64,000 nt of DNA from Naegleria gruberi. Lineage: Eukaryota. The position numbers were made by a program, and so were the translations under genes. Below the pieces are notes generated by a model. It had not been told where the DNA came from. It did not search any database and was given only the letters and a program-made list of their open reading frames with translations. Shown in pieces: positions 1 to 10,251 of this stretch. The stretch lies in assembly GCA_000004985.1 (NCBI GenBank), contig GG738850.1. One strand, given 5' to 3'. Position 1 is the stretch's first letter. Each line of letters begins with the position of its first letter.

Positions 1-1231
1 GGGTGAACAAGCTGTTGCTTTGGCTAAGGAAGTTGGTTATTTCTCAGCTGGTACTGTTGAAATGTTGATTGACTCAAATAAGAACTTCTACTTCTTGGAA
101 ATGAATACTCGTTTGCAAGTTGAACACCCTATTACTGAATTCATTACTGGTATTGATTTGGTTGAACAAATGATTCGTGTTGCTGCCAAGAAGCCATTGT
201 TGCTCAAGCAAAAGGATATTAAGATTACTGGTCACGCTACTGAATCCAGAGTTTATGCTGAAGATCCAATGAATAACTTCTCACCATCTGTTGGTACTCT
301 TCACACATACATTGAACCAAGAGATGACGAAGGAAGAATCAGAGTTGACTCTGGTATTTTGGAAGGTTCTGAAATTTCAGTTTTCTACGATCCAATGATC
401 AGTAAGACTATTGCTTACGGAAAGGACAGAATGGAATCTATTAACAGAATGGTTGAAGCTCTCGATACCTATGTCATTCAAGGTGTTCGTCATAACATTT
501 CTTTGCTTCGTGATATTTTGGTTACTGAAGATTACAGGAAGGGTAACATTACTACTAAATTCATTCAAAAGCACTACCCAGAAGGATTCAAGGGTATTAA
601 GCTTTCATCTGATGCTAAATCATCACTCATTGCTTCAGTCGGTTTGATGGAATATATTGCTAATAGAAGAGATTTCCAAATTACTGGTCAATTGCCAAGA
701 GCTCAACCACCTAAGACTACTAAACTCTTCGTTAACATTGATAAGGAAGCCTATCCAGTTTCAATTACCCAAGAAAAGGGCAAGTATATTGTTGAATTTA
801 AGGATCACCTCTATGTCGCCAAGACTAGCTGGGTTGTTGGTACACCAATCTTCCGTGCTGTTCTCAATGATAATCAATCAGTCATTGTTCAAGTTGGTGA
901 AAGAAAAGGTACTACTCAATTTGTCAGTTTCATGGGTACTGAATTCAAGTTTGATATCAGAACTCCAAAGGAACAAGAATTACACAAGCACATGCCAGTT
1001 ATTATTCCACCAGATCGTTCTAAGATGTTGATTGCTCCTATGCCAGGTGCTATTGTTTCAGTTGCTGTTCAACCAGGTCAAAAGGTTTTGGCTCACCAAG
1101 AATTGGTCGTCATTGAAGCCATGAAGATGCAAAACGTCCTTAAGTCTTCTACTGAAGGTATCATTAAGGAAATCAAGGTTAAGGCCGGTGATATTGTTGG
1201 TAATGAAGCTGTCTTGATCACTTTCGAATAA
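1..1231 (+). CDS. pccA: Biotin-dependent acyl-CoA carboxylase alpha subunit, C-terminal part (biotin carboxylase C-domain, BT linker, biotinyl/BCCP domain). It resembles propionyl-CoA carboxylase alpha most closely. The 5' end lies outside the window.
   Basis: The frame is open from nt 2 (GEQAVALAKEVGYFSAGTVE...) to the TAA at 1229-1231. The biotinylation motif EAMKMQN sits in ...LVVIEAMKMQNVLKS... near the C-terminus. The PMPG...V..GQ.V hammerhead pattern is typical of PCCA/MCCA. Calling PCC rather than MCC is inference from the motif context. Confidence 0.7.
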   Translation, partial: GEQAVALAKEVGYFSAGTVEMLIDSNKNFYFLEMNTRLQVEHPITEFITGIDLVEQMIRVAAKKPLLLKQKDIKITGHATESRVYAEDPMNNFSPSVGTLHTYIEPRDDEGRIRVDSGILEGSEISVFYDPMISKTIAYGKDRMESINRMVEALDTYVIQGVRHNISLLRDILVTEDYRKGNITTKFIQKHYPEGFKGIKLSSDAKSSLIASVGLMEYIANRRDFQITGQLPRAQPPKTTKLFVNIDKEAYPVSITQEKGKYIVEFKDHLYVAKTSWVVGTPIFRAVLNDNQSVIVQVGERKGTTQFVSFMGTEFKFDIRTPKEQELHKHMPVIIPPDRSKMLIAPMPGAIVSVAVQPGQKVLAHQELVVIEAMKMQNVLKSSTEGIIKEIKVKAGDIVGNEAVLITFE

Positions 1232-1655
1232 ATTGTAAAAAATCTCTTTGTAATATTTACTACAGTTAAAATGTGATGTATCAGGATAATGTTTTGGATA
1301 TTAAACTACAATACTGCTTCGTCCAATTACGTGATATCAAATTATTGTTTTTATTAAAATGGGTGATGAAAATCATAAAAAATAGACCTATGGCTGATGA
1401 ATCAACCAAAAAAAACCAACCATCAACACTTGTCCCATCAAGTAAACTCAATGGGTGATGTTTTTGCCCAACAATTTAAAATTCAGTGCACTATGATGTT
1501 CAAAGGCTTATTTTACGAGTATCTCCATCAACACATTACCCACTCATCATGAATGGCAACGGCTGCTGCTGTGGTGTTGCATCAAAGTCTGATTGAGGTT
1601 GTTATTATCACGCTGCAACAATTAAGAAGAATAACAATTAGAAAAAAAGAAACAA

Positions 1656-3953
1656 ATGTTTAGAATTTCTCCTTCGACTGGAACACCTCCAAGACCAGTT
1701 ATGAATAATCAATTATCATCACAACAACAACACTATTCTAATACTAACAATACTACTCCTAATAATACAACTAATCAAAAGCAACAACTAATGCAACAAG
1801 ATAATCAATTATCATCTCCTACCACTACTCAATATCCATCACCTCCAACTCTTTCAATGTTTACCAATTCAACTACTTCAAGTAGTAGTGACAATGCCAG
1901 TACTAACGACAGTTATATGAGTGATGATAGTTCGAATTTGAGGAGAAGAAGAGACTTTGATGCACTCTCCTCAATGGAAAATACCACACCACAAGGAACA
2001 ATGGAAGAAGAGAATCAAACAGTTTCATTTTCCAATATTTCTGCAGCACAACCAACTAGAAACAAGAAGAGAAAAAAGAATTCCTCACCAAACTTTGAAG
2101 AGATTTCATCCCCAAGTTCTCCTAAAGGACGTGATACAAATAATATTGAGCTTGATGACTCTTTCGAACAAAAGTTTTCTAAAGCAATTTCCAATTTTGG
2201 TGACGATAGTCCTGTACTCAATAATGATTCATGTTTTACCAATAGATATACAGGACCTAAATTTGAATCTACCAATAAGACAATAGCAAGATATGGTGAC
2301 GATAATAGAACATTCATTGTTGGTCTTCTTGGTTATGAATTCAATGAGAGTGAAATTGAAGTAACACCAAGTAATGATTCGACAGGTCTATTGCAACGTT
2401 TGGGAAGAATGTTTAGTAATATATTCTCATCAACCAGTCTCAATCAAACACTTCCATTCAATAATGCTAATGCTGTCACGACCAGTAATTCAACTCTGAG
2501 ACATCATACACTTCAAGAAGATCACACTGTTATCCATTCGAATCCTGCTGTAGAATGTGAGTTGATTTCTCATTGGAGAGAAGTTCCACTCTTGAGAAAT
2601 GTTAAAATCAAACAAATTTCATGTGGTGGTTATCACGTTTTACTTTTAACTGAAGATAATGTTGTATACACATCTGGGTGGAATAAGTATGGTCAATTAG
2701 GTACAAGTAAGAGTGGGTCAAGTAGCAAGATTGTAAAGATTGTAGAGAATGAACAAACTGATTATTGTGAAGTTCAATCCTTCCATAGAATTGAATTCCC
2801 TGAAAAGATTATTTCACTGAATGCCAGTGGTAGACACAGTTTGTTTTTGAGTGAGAGTGGAAGAGTTTATGGAACTGGTTGTAATTTGCATGGAAGAATG
2901 GGATCTGAATTCATTGAACCAGAAGAATTGGGATTGAAGCAATCCCAAGACTTACAACAAGTTACTGGAAATCAAATACTAGAACCAAATATTAATTGTG
3001 GTGTTTTCTCTCCAATTCTTTTGGGAGGAATTTTGAAACAAAAGAGAGCTTACTATGTTGGTAAAGCATTTTGGCACTCTATCATTGCAACCTGTGATGG
3101 AGGAGTTTATGTAATGGGACAAAGTGATGAAGGCAAGCTGGGAATTGGCTCTGTAAAGGCTAATCCAATTGACCAAGATACACATTGTTATGAACCAACA
3201 GAGATTATAGAATTGAGAGGAAGAGAAATCATTGAAGCTGAAGGTGGAGCATGGCACACAATTTTCCTTACAAAGGCCAAGTCAAATGAGCTCAATAATG
3301 ATTTATGGGTGTGTGGAAGTAACTATTGGGGTCAACTAGCTCTTCCACCAATTGGAAATAAGCCCGTAACAAGCTTTTTGGTTCCAGTAATTCATCCATT
3401 CTTTAGTGGAAAAAGAGATCCATCTAAGAATGCAGTTCAAATCAGTGCTGGGTCAAACTTTAACGCAGTTTTGACTGAAGATGGTTCTATTTATTGCTTT
3501 GGTTGTGGAAGTAGTGGTAAAACTGGATTGGGTCATGCCAGAACTGTTAGAACTCCAATTAAGGTCAAATCAATTCCAAAGGATGTTATCAAAATTTCAA
3601 CAGGATCAAATCATTTATCTGTAATTACAAAGAGTGGAGAATTGTATAGTGTTGGATGGAACTTTTACGGACAATGTGGTTATGATTCAGACATTTCCAA
3701 TATTTCGAGAGTCGAAGATACTAAAACTGAACTGTCTCCTTCTTGTGATGATATGGTAGAGAGCTACATTATGCCAAGAATTAGAAGACTCACTGGAGTG
3801 GAGGTGAACTCTGTTGGCAGTGGTGCCTATTTTACAATAATTACAACAAGTTCGACAAGTAATCCAATCATTAGAAAGCAAAAAGAAGCAAAATTCAAGG
3901 GAATACAAGTACGAAGAGGCTTTAATGATATTTCAGTTAGATGTACAAAATAA
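1656..3953 (+). CDS. RCC1-repeat (regulator of chromosome condensation-like) beta-propeller protein with an N-terminal N/Q/S/T-rich low-complexity region
   Basis: Single 765-aa ORF starting at ATG 1656. It carries at least six RCC1-type blades: CGGYHVLLLTEDNVVYTSGWNKYGQLG, SGRHSLFLSESGRVYGTGCNLHGRMG, WHSIIATCDGGVYVMGQSDEGKLG, AGSNFNAVLTEDGSIYCFGCGSSGKTGLG and TGSNHLSVITKSGELYSVGWNFYGQCG. Confidence 0.75.
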   Translation: MFRISPSTGTPPRPVMNNQLSSQQQHYSNTNNTTPNNTTNQKQQLMQQDNQLSSPTTTQYPSPPTLSMFTNSTTSSSSDNASTNDSYMSDDSSNLRRRRDFDALSSMENTTPQGTMEEENQTVSFSNISAAQPTRNKKRKKNSSPNFEEISSPSSPKGRDTNNIELDDSFEQKFSKAISNFGDDSPVLNNDSCFTNRYTGPKFESTNKTIARYGDDNRTFIVGLLGYEFNESEIEVTPSNDSTGLLQRLGRMFSNIFSSTSLNQTLPFNNANAVTTSNSTLRHHTLQEDHTVIHSNPAVECELISHWREVPLLRNVKIKQISCGGYHVLLLTEDNVVYTSGWNKYGQLGTSKSGSSSKIVKIVENEQTDYCEVQSFHRIEFPEKIISLNASGRHSLFLSESGRVYGTGCNLHGRMGSEFIEPEELGLKQSQDLQQVTGNQILEPNINCGVFSPILLGGILKQKRAYYVGKAFWHSIIATCDGGVYVMGQSDEGKLGIGSVKANPIDQDTHCYEPTEIIELRGREIIEAEGGAWHTIFLTKAKSNELNNDLWVCGSNYWGQLALPPIGNKPVTSFLVPVIHPFFSGKRDPSKNAVQISAGSNFNAVLTEDGSIYCFGCGSSGKTGLGHARTVRTPIKVKSIPKDVIKISTGSNHLSVITKSGELYSVGWNFYGQCGYDSDISNISRVEDTKTELSPSCDDMVESYIMPRIRRLTGVEVNSVGSGAYFTIITTSSTSNPIIRKQKEAKFKGIQVRRGFNDISVRCTK

Positions 3954-3955
3954 AA

Positions 3956-5500
3956 CTAAATAATAATCAAATCAGATAATTGTTTGTGTTGGGTTGTATG
4001 GAGTAACTTTTCAAAGAAATCAAGAATACTACAGCTTAGACCAGTTCTTTTCACATAAATATTTTGACTACTGTTGCATGAATAGACTTGCAAGGAGTAC
4101 TGTTTTAGAGAATCGAATAAAATAGGTTTTGGTATTTCATTAACAATTACTACTCTTCCAATTAATGAGTGTGAGTGTTGGTACATGATTTGGAAATAAT
4201 AGAGTTGATTCTTAGATTGAAGAATTATGGCATCAGAGGTTATATAAACCTGTCTAATGGCAATATTATGTTTGTTGAAGTAATCTAGTTCATAAAAACC
4301 AATTGCTTCTTGTTTAGGTAGCTTTCTACTTCCAATATTTTGAATTGTTGAAAATACCCTTCCCTTATTAGTAATTGCAACAGTGAAATATTGACCACAA
4401 TTCACTTCCTTAATCTTATCAATATTATAATCAAATTCATTCAATGTTACTTTCATCACATCTATAATACAAATATATTCCTTCTTTTTTCCAGTTTGTT
4501 GATAAGTATTATCTCCACACACATACAAATATCCATTCAATGTTAAGAATACAGAATGATAAAGTCCACATTTGATATCTACCACTTGATCCTTACTTGA
4601 TTTTGGTAATATCTTAATTTCTGTCAATACATTCGAATAGTTATTGAGAACACTCCATTGATTAGATTCAGAACTTCCAAATCCGAGAACCTTCCTCTTT
4701 CCAGTGCTCCTTTCTCTCACCAGAATGAGAACATGTCCACATCCTGCTGCAATTTTCTCAGCATGAAACAAACTCTTATCAATATCCAAAACTGATCCAA
4801 TCAGAGCTCCATTCTTGTTCTTTACCTTTTTAGTTGCCAATGATTTACAATCTGAAAAAACTCTACCATCATGAGTTAAATAGACACTTTCATCCTCAAA
4901 ACATGCAATTGAAACAATAGTATTGAATGATTTTCCGTCGACCATTTCATATCCTTTCTGAATAAATTCCTCCAAATCATTCAATCTTTTAAAATGTGGC
5001 ATTCGATCAGACTTTGAATATTTCCACATAAATAACATGAATGGAATTTCAGTAGCAGAATTCATATTGGCACTACTATTAGAACCATTGAATGGTTGAC
5101 CATTCTTGTCCACCATTACCACTAAAATTCGTGAACTGCCAGCAATCATTGAAACGTTACATGGCATTGATTGACCTTTTTTCACAATACTCAACTCAAC
5201 TCTATCCAATACATGATATAATTCTTTACCATCATATCTATTTGTTGAAAGTATTTCCTCCGATGGCACACTTGCAAATTTCGTTGGGGTGAAAATTAAT
5301 TGTTCCATTTGATCGAAATTCTTTGCAAGCTTTTTTCTATTAGAATTTGGTGCATTTTTACTGAAAATGTAATTAGTAAAGAGGGAACTGTCGTGTTGTT
5401 GCTGTAGTTGGTCTTGAATCATTTTTTTTTTGTAATTTACATAAATTTCGAAATTGAACTCATTTTGATATTCAATGCTTTGAATATGAATAATTTTCAT
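3956..5500 (-). CDS. RCC1-repeat protein, a paralog-like partner of the upstream gene and convergent with it
   Basis: 514-aa ORF on the minus strand with ATG at 5500-5498 and stop at 3956-3958. RCC1 blades include AAGCGHVLILVRERSTGKRKVLGFGSSESNQW, CGLYHSVFLTLNGYLYVCGDNTYQQTG and NCGQYFTVAITNKGRVFSTIQNIG. Its stop lies 2 nt from the stop of the plus-strand RCC1 gene. Confidence 0.65.
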   Translation of the reverse strand: MKIIHIQSIEYQNEFNFEIYVNYKKKMIQDQLQQQHDSSLFTNYIFSKNAPNSNRKKLAKNFDQMEQLIFTPTKFASVPSEEILSTNRYDGKELYHVLDRVELSIVKKGQSMPCNVSMIAGSSRILVVMVDKNGQPFNGSNSSANMNSATEIPFMLFMWKYSKSDRMPHFKRLNDLEEFIQKGYEMVDGKSFNTIVSIACFEDESVYLTHDGRVFSDCKSLATKKVKNKNGALIGSVLDIDKSLFHAEKIAAGCGHVLILVRERSTGKRKVLGFGSSESNQWSVLNNYSNVLTEIKILPKSSKDQVVDIKCGLYHSVFLTLNGYLYVCGDNTYQQTGKKKEYICIIDVMKVTLNEFDYNIDKIKEVNCGQYFTVAITNKGRVFSTIQNIGSRKLPKQEAIGFYELDYFNKHNIAIRQVYITSDAIILQSKNQLYYFQIMYQHSHSLIGRVVIVNEIPKPILFDSLKQYSLQVYSCNSSQNIYVKRTGLSCSILDFFEKLLHTTQHKQLSDLIII

Positions 5501-5553
5501 GAATTTACAATTTTATTCAATTGTACAATTATATTTACAATTAAAAAGTAATA

Positions 5554-6312
5554 TTACAATGCAGCAGAATATAAATTAATAATTGGTGGTCTAGTCAACT
5601 CAAATCTTCCAAGAATATTTTCAAATCCATATGTAATACTCCATTGAAATTTACCAGATAATTGTTGATTCTTCTTTTCAATAGCAAATGAAATAGCTCT
5701 CTTACATTCCCTATGAATTTCAAAATTATTCCTTCTTCTAATAAAAATCAACCATGTGAAAAAAACCACAGGTGGAATCCACAACACATACATGTAGAAT
5801 AAAATTAATCCCTGACCAGCAGCTGATGCATTGAATGTAGCTCCCAATCTAATCACCAAGAATAGTCCAAATAAGAGGAAAATTACAATGGAAATCAACA
5901 TGGCACAACTGGCATAAAATATTTCAACATCTCCTTCTTTGAGTTGTGTATGAAATTTGTTTAAAATTGTGGAAATTTGTTCGGTGAAGGAGTGATAATC
6001 TTCTTGGGACATTTGGTTGTTTAATTCTTCAGGGTAGGAAGAGGTAAATTGTTTAAAGGAATAATCATATGGAATGGAAATGATGCAATTGGAAATATTC
6101 GAAACTAGATTGGAAGTGTTGGTAATTTCAATCACGTGTTCTACTTCATCATCGTGGTATGATGATGGTTGTTGTTGTTGGTCGGTTGTGGATTCTTCCG
6201 TGTAGAGCATTTTTTTATGAGGATTTTTTATGGAGTTTCGAATAAAATCAAACGTGTGAAATTCGAAAGAGGAATGAATTACATGCTCTATTGTGAACAT
6301 GTTAAAATACAT
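5554..6312 (-). CDS. Hypothetical membrane protein with two predicted TM helices near the C-terminus
   Basis: ORF 5554..6330 on the minus strand. The listed start is TTG; the first in-frame ATG is at 6312-6310 (MYFNMFTIEH...). Hydrophobic stretches are ILISIVIFLLFGLFLVI and VLWIPPVVFFTWLIFI. I recognise no family. The true start may be the downstream Met (MLYTEES...). Confidence 0.4.
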   Translation of the reverse strand: MYFNMFTIEHVIHSSFEFHTFDFIRNSIKNPHKKMLYTEESTTDQQQQPSSYHDDEVEHVIEITNTSNLVSNISNCIISIPYDYSFKQFTSSYPEELNNQMSQEDYHSFTEQISTILNKFHTQLKEGDVEIFYASCAMLISIVIFLLFGLFLVIRLGATFNASAAGQGLILFYMYVLWIPPVVFFTWLIFIRRRNNFEIHRECKRAISFAIEKKNQQLSGKFQWSITYGFENILGRFELTRPPIINLYSAAL

Positions 6313-6330
6313 TAATTTATTGAAAAACAA

Positions 6331-7481
6331 TTAGAAAATGAATGAAATAATCAAACTAATCAAAATAGCCAACATTCCAACGTTATTCGAAACAACTTGA
6401 TATGAAACTCCAGCACTTGTAGAATTAAATGCAGTAAAAGTAGCAAATCCATATGAATCTCCAAACAATGAAACAGAACATCCCTTACAACTATTACCAT
6501 TCAAACTCATCCAATTTCTATATTGAATAGCATCTCCAATAATAGCATGAACTGATTGATCCAAAACTCCTTGATAAGATGAAGCAGCACTTGAGAATTG
6601 AACATAGGTAGCTTTTGGAAGATAGGTTTTAACGTAGGTTGAGTAAACAGTTCCTTCATAGGCACCAACAATCATATCAGGTGAATTGAATTGATTAATG
6701 TCTGTAATGGAAATACTTTGATTTCTGAGTGATCTTAAGAAACCCTATTAATTTGATGAAATTGAAACGTATTGGAATTTTGATATGTGAATATTTGTGA
6801 AAAAAGTTATTGGAATTATAGTCATGAAATTTGTGTTAATAATGAATTGGTTTTTTTGGTGGAATGAACTTACATTGGATCCAGTACCATAATTACATTG
6901 GAAGTGAGCAACTGTAGTTCTTTCAGGAAGAGGTGTAGCCTACAAGTTTCGAATATAAATTTTCACACAATTTCCAATAGAAACTTACATTACTTGTAAT
7001 AATATCACATTCTCCATCATCAACCAACTTTCTCAATGTATTAAAATACCCCAAACTACTTGTATTATACTGAGTAAAAGAGGCAGCATAATTTGTTGAA
7101 TATTTTGCATTAATTTTCTTAATGATATATTGACCAACTGTTCTCTTGATGGTCAACCATGGATCTTGAGTACCTAATTCAAAGCATAATCTGATATTGC
7201 TTCTAGATGCGAAAGGATTGGTGGATGGCCAAACTGGTTTAGAGGTAGAACACTATATGATTCGAATAATTATATGAGAAATGATAATTAGAAAGTAGTA
7301 AACATACAATAGGAACTGGGAAAAGCATCAAGTTGGAATATGTTTGTTGGAAATCATTATCAGAAACAACTTCTTGCACTGCAGCATCAAAAGCTGCTGT
7401 CATTTGGCTGGTGATGACTTGTGCCTTCACGCCAACTGTCAAACACACAATAAACAATAACAGGATAACAATTTGTTTCAT
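6331..7481 (-). CDS. Secreted protein with an N-terminal signal peptide and a C-terminal hydrophobic GPI-anchor-like tail, in four exons. Family unknown.
   Basis: Exons on the minus strand are 7481..7308, 7252..6989, 6939..6874 and 6744..6331 (stop included). Introns are 55, 49 and 129 nt, all GTATGT/GTAAGT...AG and phase 0. The signal peptide is MKQIVILLLFIVCLTVGVKAQ and the C-terminal tail is ...VGMLAILISLIISFIF*. The exon model was built by hand from frame continuity across three separate ORFs. Confidence 0.55.
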
Positions 7482-8628
7482 TTTCTCTAGTAGAAGTAAT
7501 AGGTGGATGATGTTTTGTTAATTTTTTCTTGTTGATTTTGGTACGAAATGCAAAATGCTTTTTAACTCGCACACTTACGCATTTATCCAAATTTAGAAGG
7601 CGATTCTTTGTTGAGTGAATGCTAAATATTTTCAATAATATCTAAATTCGATAAGAATACACTAATGAGAAAAAGTGAATTGTGTCTCTTCTCCAAAATG
7701 CACCTTTTTATCTCTTTTATCTCTGATGCCAAATGTCAATAAGATAGCAAACACATCTATAAAGAATATGGCAAGATTTTGATGGCAAGACGAATCAGAA
7801 GAGAGAAAGCTCTACAAATTCCATTCCTCCAGTAATAGTTGTGAAATATGGATGGTTGATTTCCGTGAAGTATGTCAGATGCCAATTTCAAAGTTGTTTC
7901 GGGGGAAGTATTGAAAAGGGTATGAGAAATGTGTCCTGTTAGCATTTAAATATTTGGAAAGTAAATTGTGAACGAAGGATTCGTCAATTGCATGCTTTGT
8001 ATTACACACTGTCAATTGTTTCTAATATTTCTTGAAACTATACTGTAAACTAAATCATATATGAAGAAATTCCATACTTCTTACTCTTCTTGTGTTTTCT
8101 AACTGGCTAAATGTCGTGGCTATAATCCCATCTTGTTATCCAAATGAAAGCTAACACGAAATGGATAAATGAAAAAATGTAAAATGGGTTATACAATGCT
8201 AATAAACATTTTTAGTATCCACTTCTGCTAAAAGAAATTATCAAACTGCAATAGATCTTATGGCACGTTGTTGCAAACTTATGAGAATGCAGTACTGATT
8301 CTCACCAAGAACCCCTTAAAATTGTCCAGGAACATTAATCATCCGATGCTTTGGTCTGGACTACTCAGTGATCCCTCACTGAGGTTCACCTTAATAACAA
8401 TAGAGCACTCAGTTGTAAACACACAGTGTAATACTTGTTCAACAAGTGAAAATTTCCTTTTGAATTTGGCCGACATTTATCAATATAATTACTCAGAAGC
8501 ACTTGCCACTGAACCTACTGTTAGAGTTGTTGGAAGTGGTGATCCTGTAGTATTAGACAATTCTTGAATGTCACTAATGGAAATACAATCAATGGTATTT
8601 ATTGGACTTCAAGTCCATCAAATCCAGG

Positions 8629-9609
8629 TCAATAATAACCACTTCCATAAACCTTCTCCACAATGATGAGATTTTCCTTTTCATTTAAGGTTACACGCAT
8701 CTCATAGAAACTATATGGTGCACCAGCATTGAAAAAGATTGGAAACATTTGCTTATCATAATCTTCCCACGAGGATGAAGTTGATGATTGGCTTGTGTAA
8801 TGTCCATCCAAGTTTGAAAAATAGCAAAATGGTGTAATTTGCTGAGATAAATATTGTTCCAATTTGTCAGTTGATGTTTCCTCCTCTTCTTCTTCTGAAT
8901 CATCATCTGATGTTATAATATAAGGTGATACTCCATAAACAATCTTACTGTACTTGACATTACAATTCAATCTCTTTTTGAAGAATAACAAATCCAAACA
9001 TGAAAACCATTCATCTCCTTCACTAATCAAAATAATAAAACAAAATAATGAGAATGGTATTAAAATTTTGGCCTCTTTCACAATATCTGAATTATCATCC
9101 CAGAAACATTGATGTAAAATAACTTGATCTGTCACAGGATTAGGTCTGTATTCATCCGAAATTAAACTTGTCATAATCACAACCAATTTCATCAAGTTTT
9201 CTCTCCTCCGTATCTCAAAAAACTCTCCAACCAATGTATTCTTCAAGAGAGGAAAAGAAAATGTAAATACTTGTTCCAAACTCAGAGAATCTCCTTGAAC
9301 AATTGTAACATCTTCATTCCTCTCCTCCACTGATATAAATTTAGGAATGATCGAAAAGAGGTACTCTAAATAATCATAATGATCAGATAAACCTTCATCG
9401 GAATTTTGTAATTCAATTTCAATTTCAGGAAACATTGGATTCACAAAATCTTCCCATCTAAAATGTGTATTCAACAGGGCAGTCCACAATCCTAAATTTC
9501 CAAAGGCAGCCTCTCTCCAATACTTGCAAACGAGCATTTTACTATTCACCAAATCCTCCAATGGCAAGAATGAAAAAATCACCGACAATTCATCACGACA
9601 AGGAAACAT
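8629..9609 (-). CDS. F-box domain protein
   Basis: 326-aa ORF. The N-terminal F-box is LSVIFSFLPLEDLVNSKMLVCKYWREAAF, and there is an acidic DDDSEEEEEE stretch. The start is taken from the ORF track. Confidence 0.6.
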   Translation of the reverse strand: MFPCRDELSVIFSFLPLEDLVNSKMLVCKYWREAAFGNLGLWTALLNTHFRWEDFVNPMFPEIEIELQNSDEGLSDHYDYLEYLFSIIPKFISVEERNEDVTIVQGDSLSLEQVFTFSFPLLKNTLVGEFFEIRRRENLMKLVVIMTSLISDEYRPNPVTDQVILHQCFWDDNSDIVKEAKILIPFSLFCFIILISEGDEWFSCLDLLFFKKRLNCNVKYSKIVYGVSPYIITSDDDSEEEEEETSTDKLEQYLSQQITPFCYFSNLDGHYTSQSSTSSSWEDYDKQMFPIFFNAGAPYSFYEMRVTLNEKENLIIVEKVYGSGYY

Positions 9610-9755
9610 TTTTTTAAACTTCAGAATTGCACCAAAGTTTTTTCAAAAGGAACCTAGTAGGAGGAGGAATTGAGAAAATAAAGAGATAATGAAGTGTCAA
9701 TGCCAATCAAGAGTTGGATTTATGTGAAGAGATAATTGAGTATTTCAATAAAAAA

Positions 9756-10154
9756 ATGTTGCCATTTGAAAATCAGTATTGTTTGAAAGTGGAAATTAAT
9801 TCATTGGACGATATTATTGGAAAGAATATGACATTGGACGAGGTGATGGAGGAAAATAAGGAATGGTTTATTAGAAACTCAATTTTGGTCTTTTTTACTG
9901 ACTTTCTTCCAATTATTACAACACCATTTGCTAAAATTAATCAAATTATTGAAAATCTCAAAGTACTCAAATCTGATATTCATAAAAAGGAAAGCTGTAT
10001 AGAATTTCTTGAACATTGTCAAGTGGTGTGGGGTCACGATAAGTTGGGAAATATATTTAGAAAAACTGCATTGGATGAATTGGTTTCAACTGTTATGGCA
10101 TTGTTTCCAGATTATTTGGATCCAGTACTGCTATCACATATGACATCCATATGA
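9756..10154 (+). CDS. Hypothetical protein of about 132 aa
   Basis: ORF 9714..10154. The track start is TTG; the first ATG is at 9756 (MLPFENQYC...). No recognisable domain. It may carry an unrecognised upstream exon. Confidence 0.35.
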   Translation: MLPFENQYCLKVEINSLDDIIGKNMTLDEVMEENKEWFIRNSILVFFTDFLPIITTPFAKINQIIENLKVLKSDIHKKESCIEFLEHCQVVWGHDKLGNIFRKTALDELVSTVMALFPDYLDPVLLSHMTSI

Positions 10155-10251
10155 ATCAATGAATGAAATATATATTTGTTTCTTTGAATTAACTATTGAA
10201 AACTAATTAATTTTGTGTTTTTGTGTTTTTTTATTTAAAAAAAATAGCACA

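Noticed and set aside
377-1031. Short ORFs inside or antisense to the carboxylase gene (377..574 minus, 411..647 plus, 657..1031 plus), and similar shadow ORFs elsewhere (such as 2015..2317, 2979..3257, 13025..13243, 20164..20436, 24810..25086, 26846..27085, 39216..39597 and 62631..62933)
   Set aside because: They overlap long ORFs that carry clear domain signatures, in other frames or on the other strand. They have low-complexity or hydrophobic compositions typical of frame shadows in AT-rich DNA.
8268-8567. 99-aa ORF in the 7.5-8.6 kb gene-poor segment
   Set aside because: It has no start context, no recognisable motif, and codon usage unlike the surrounding genes. It is kept only as part of the finding on the atypical intergenic segment.
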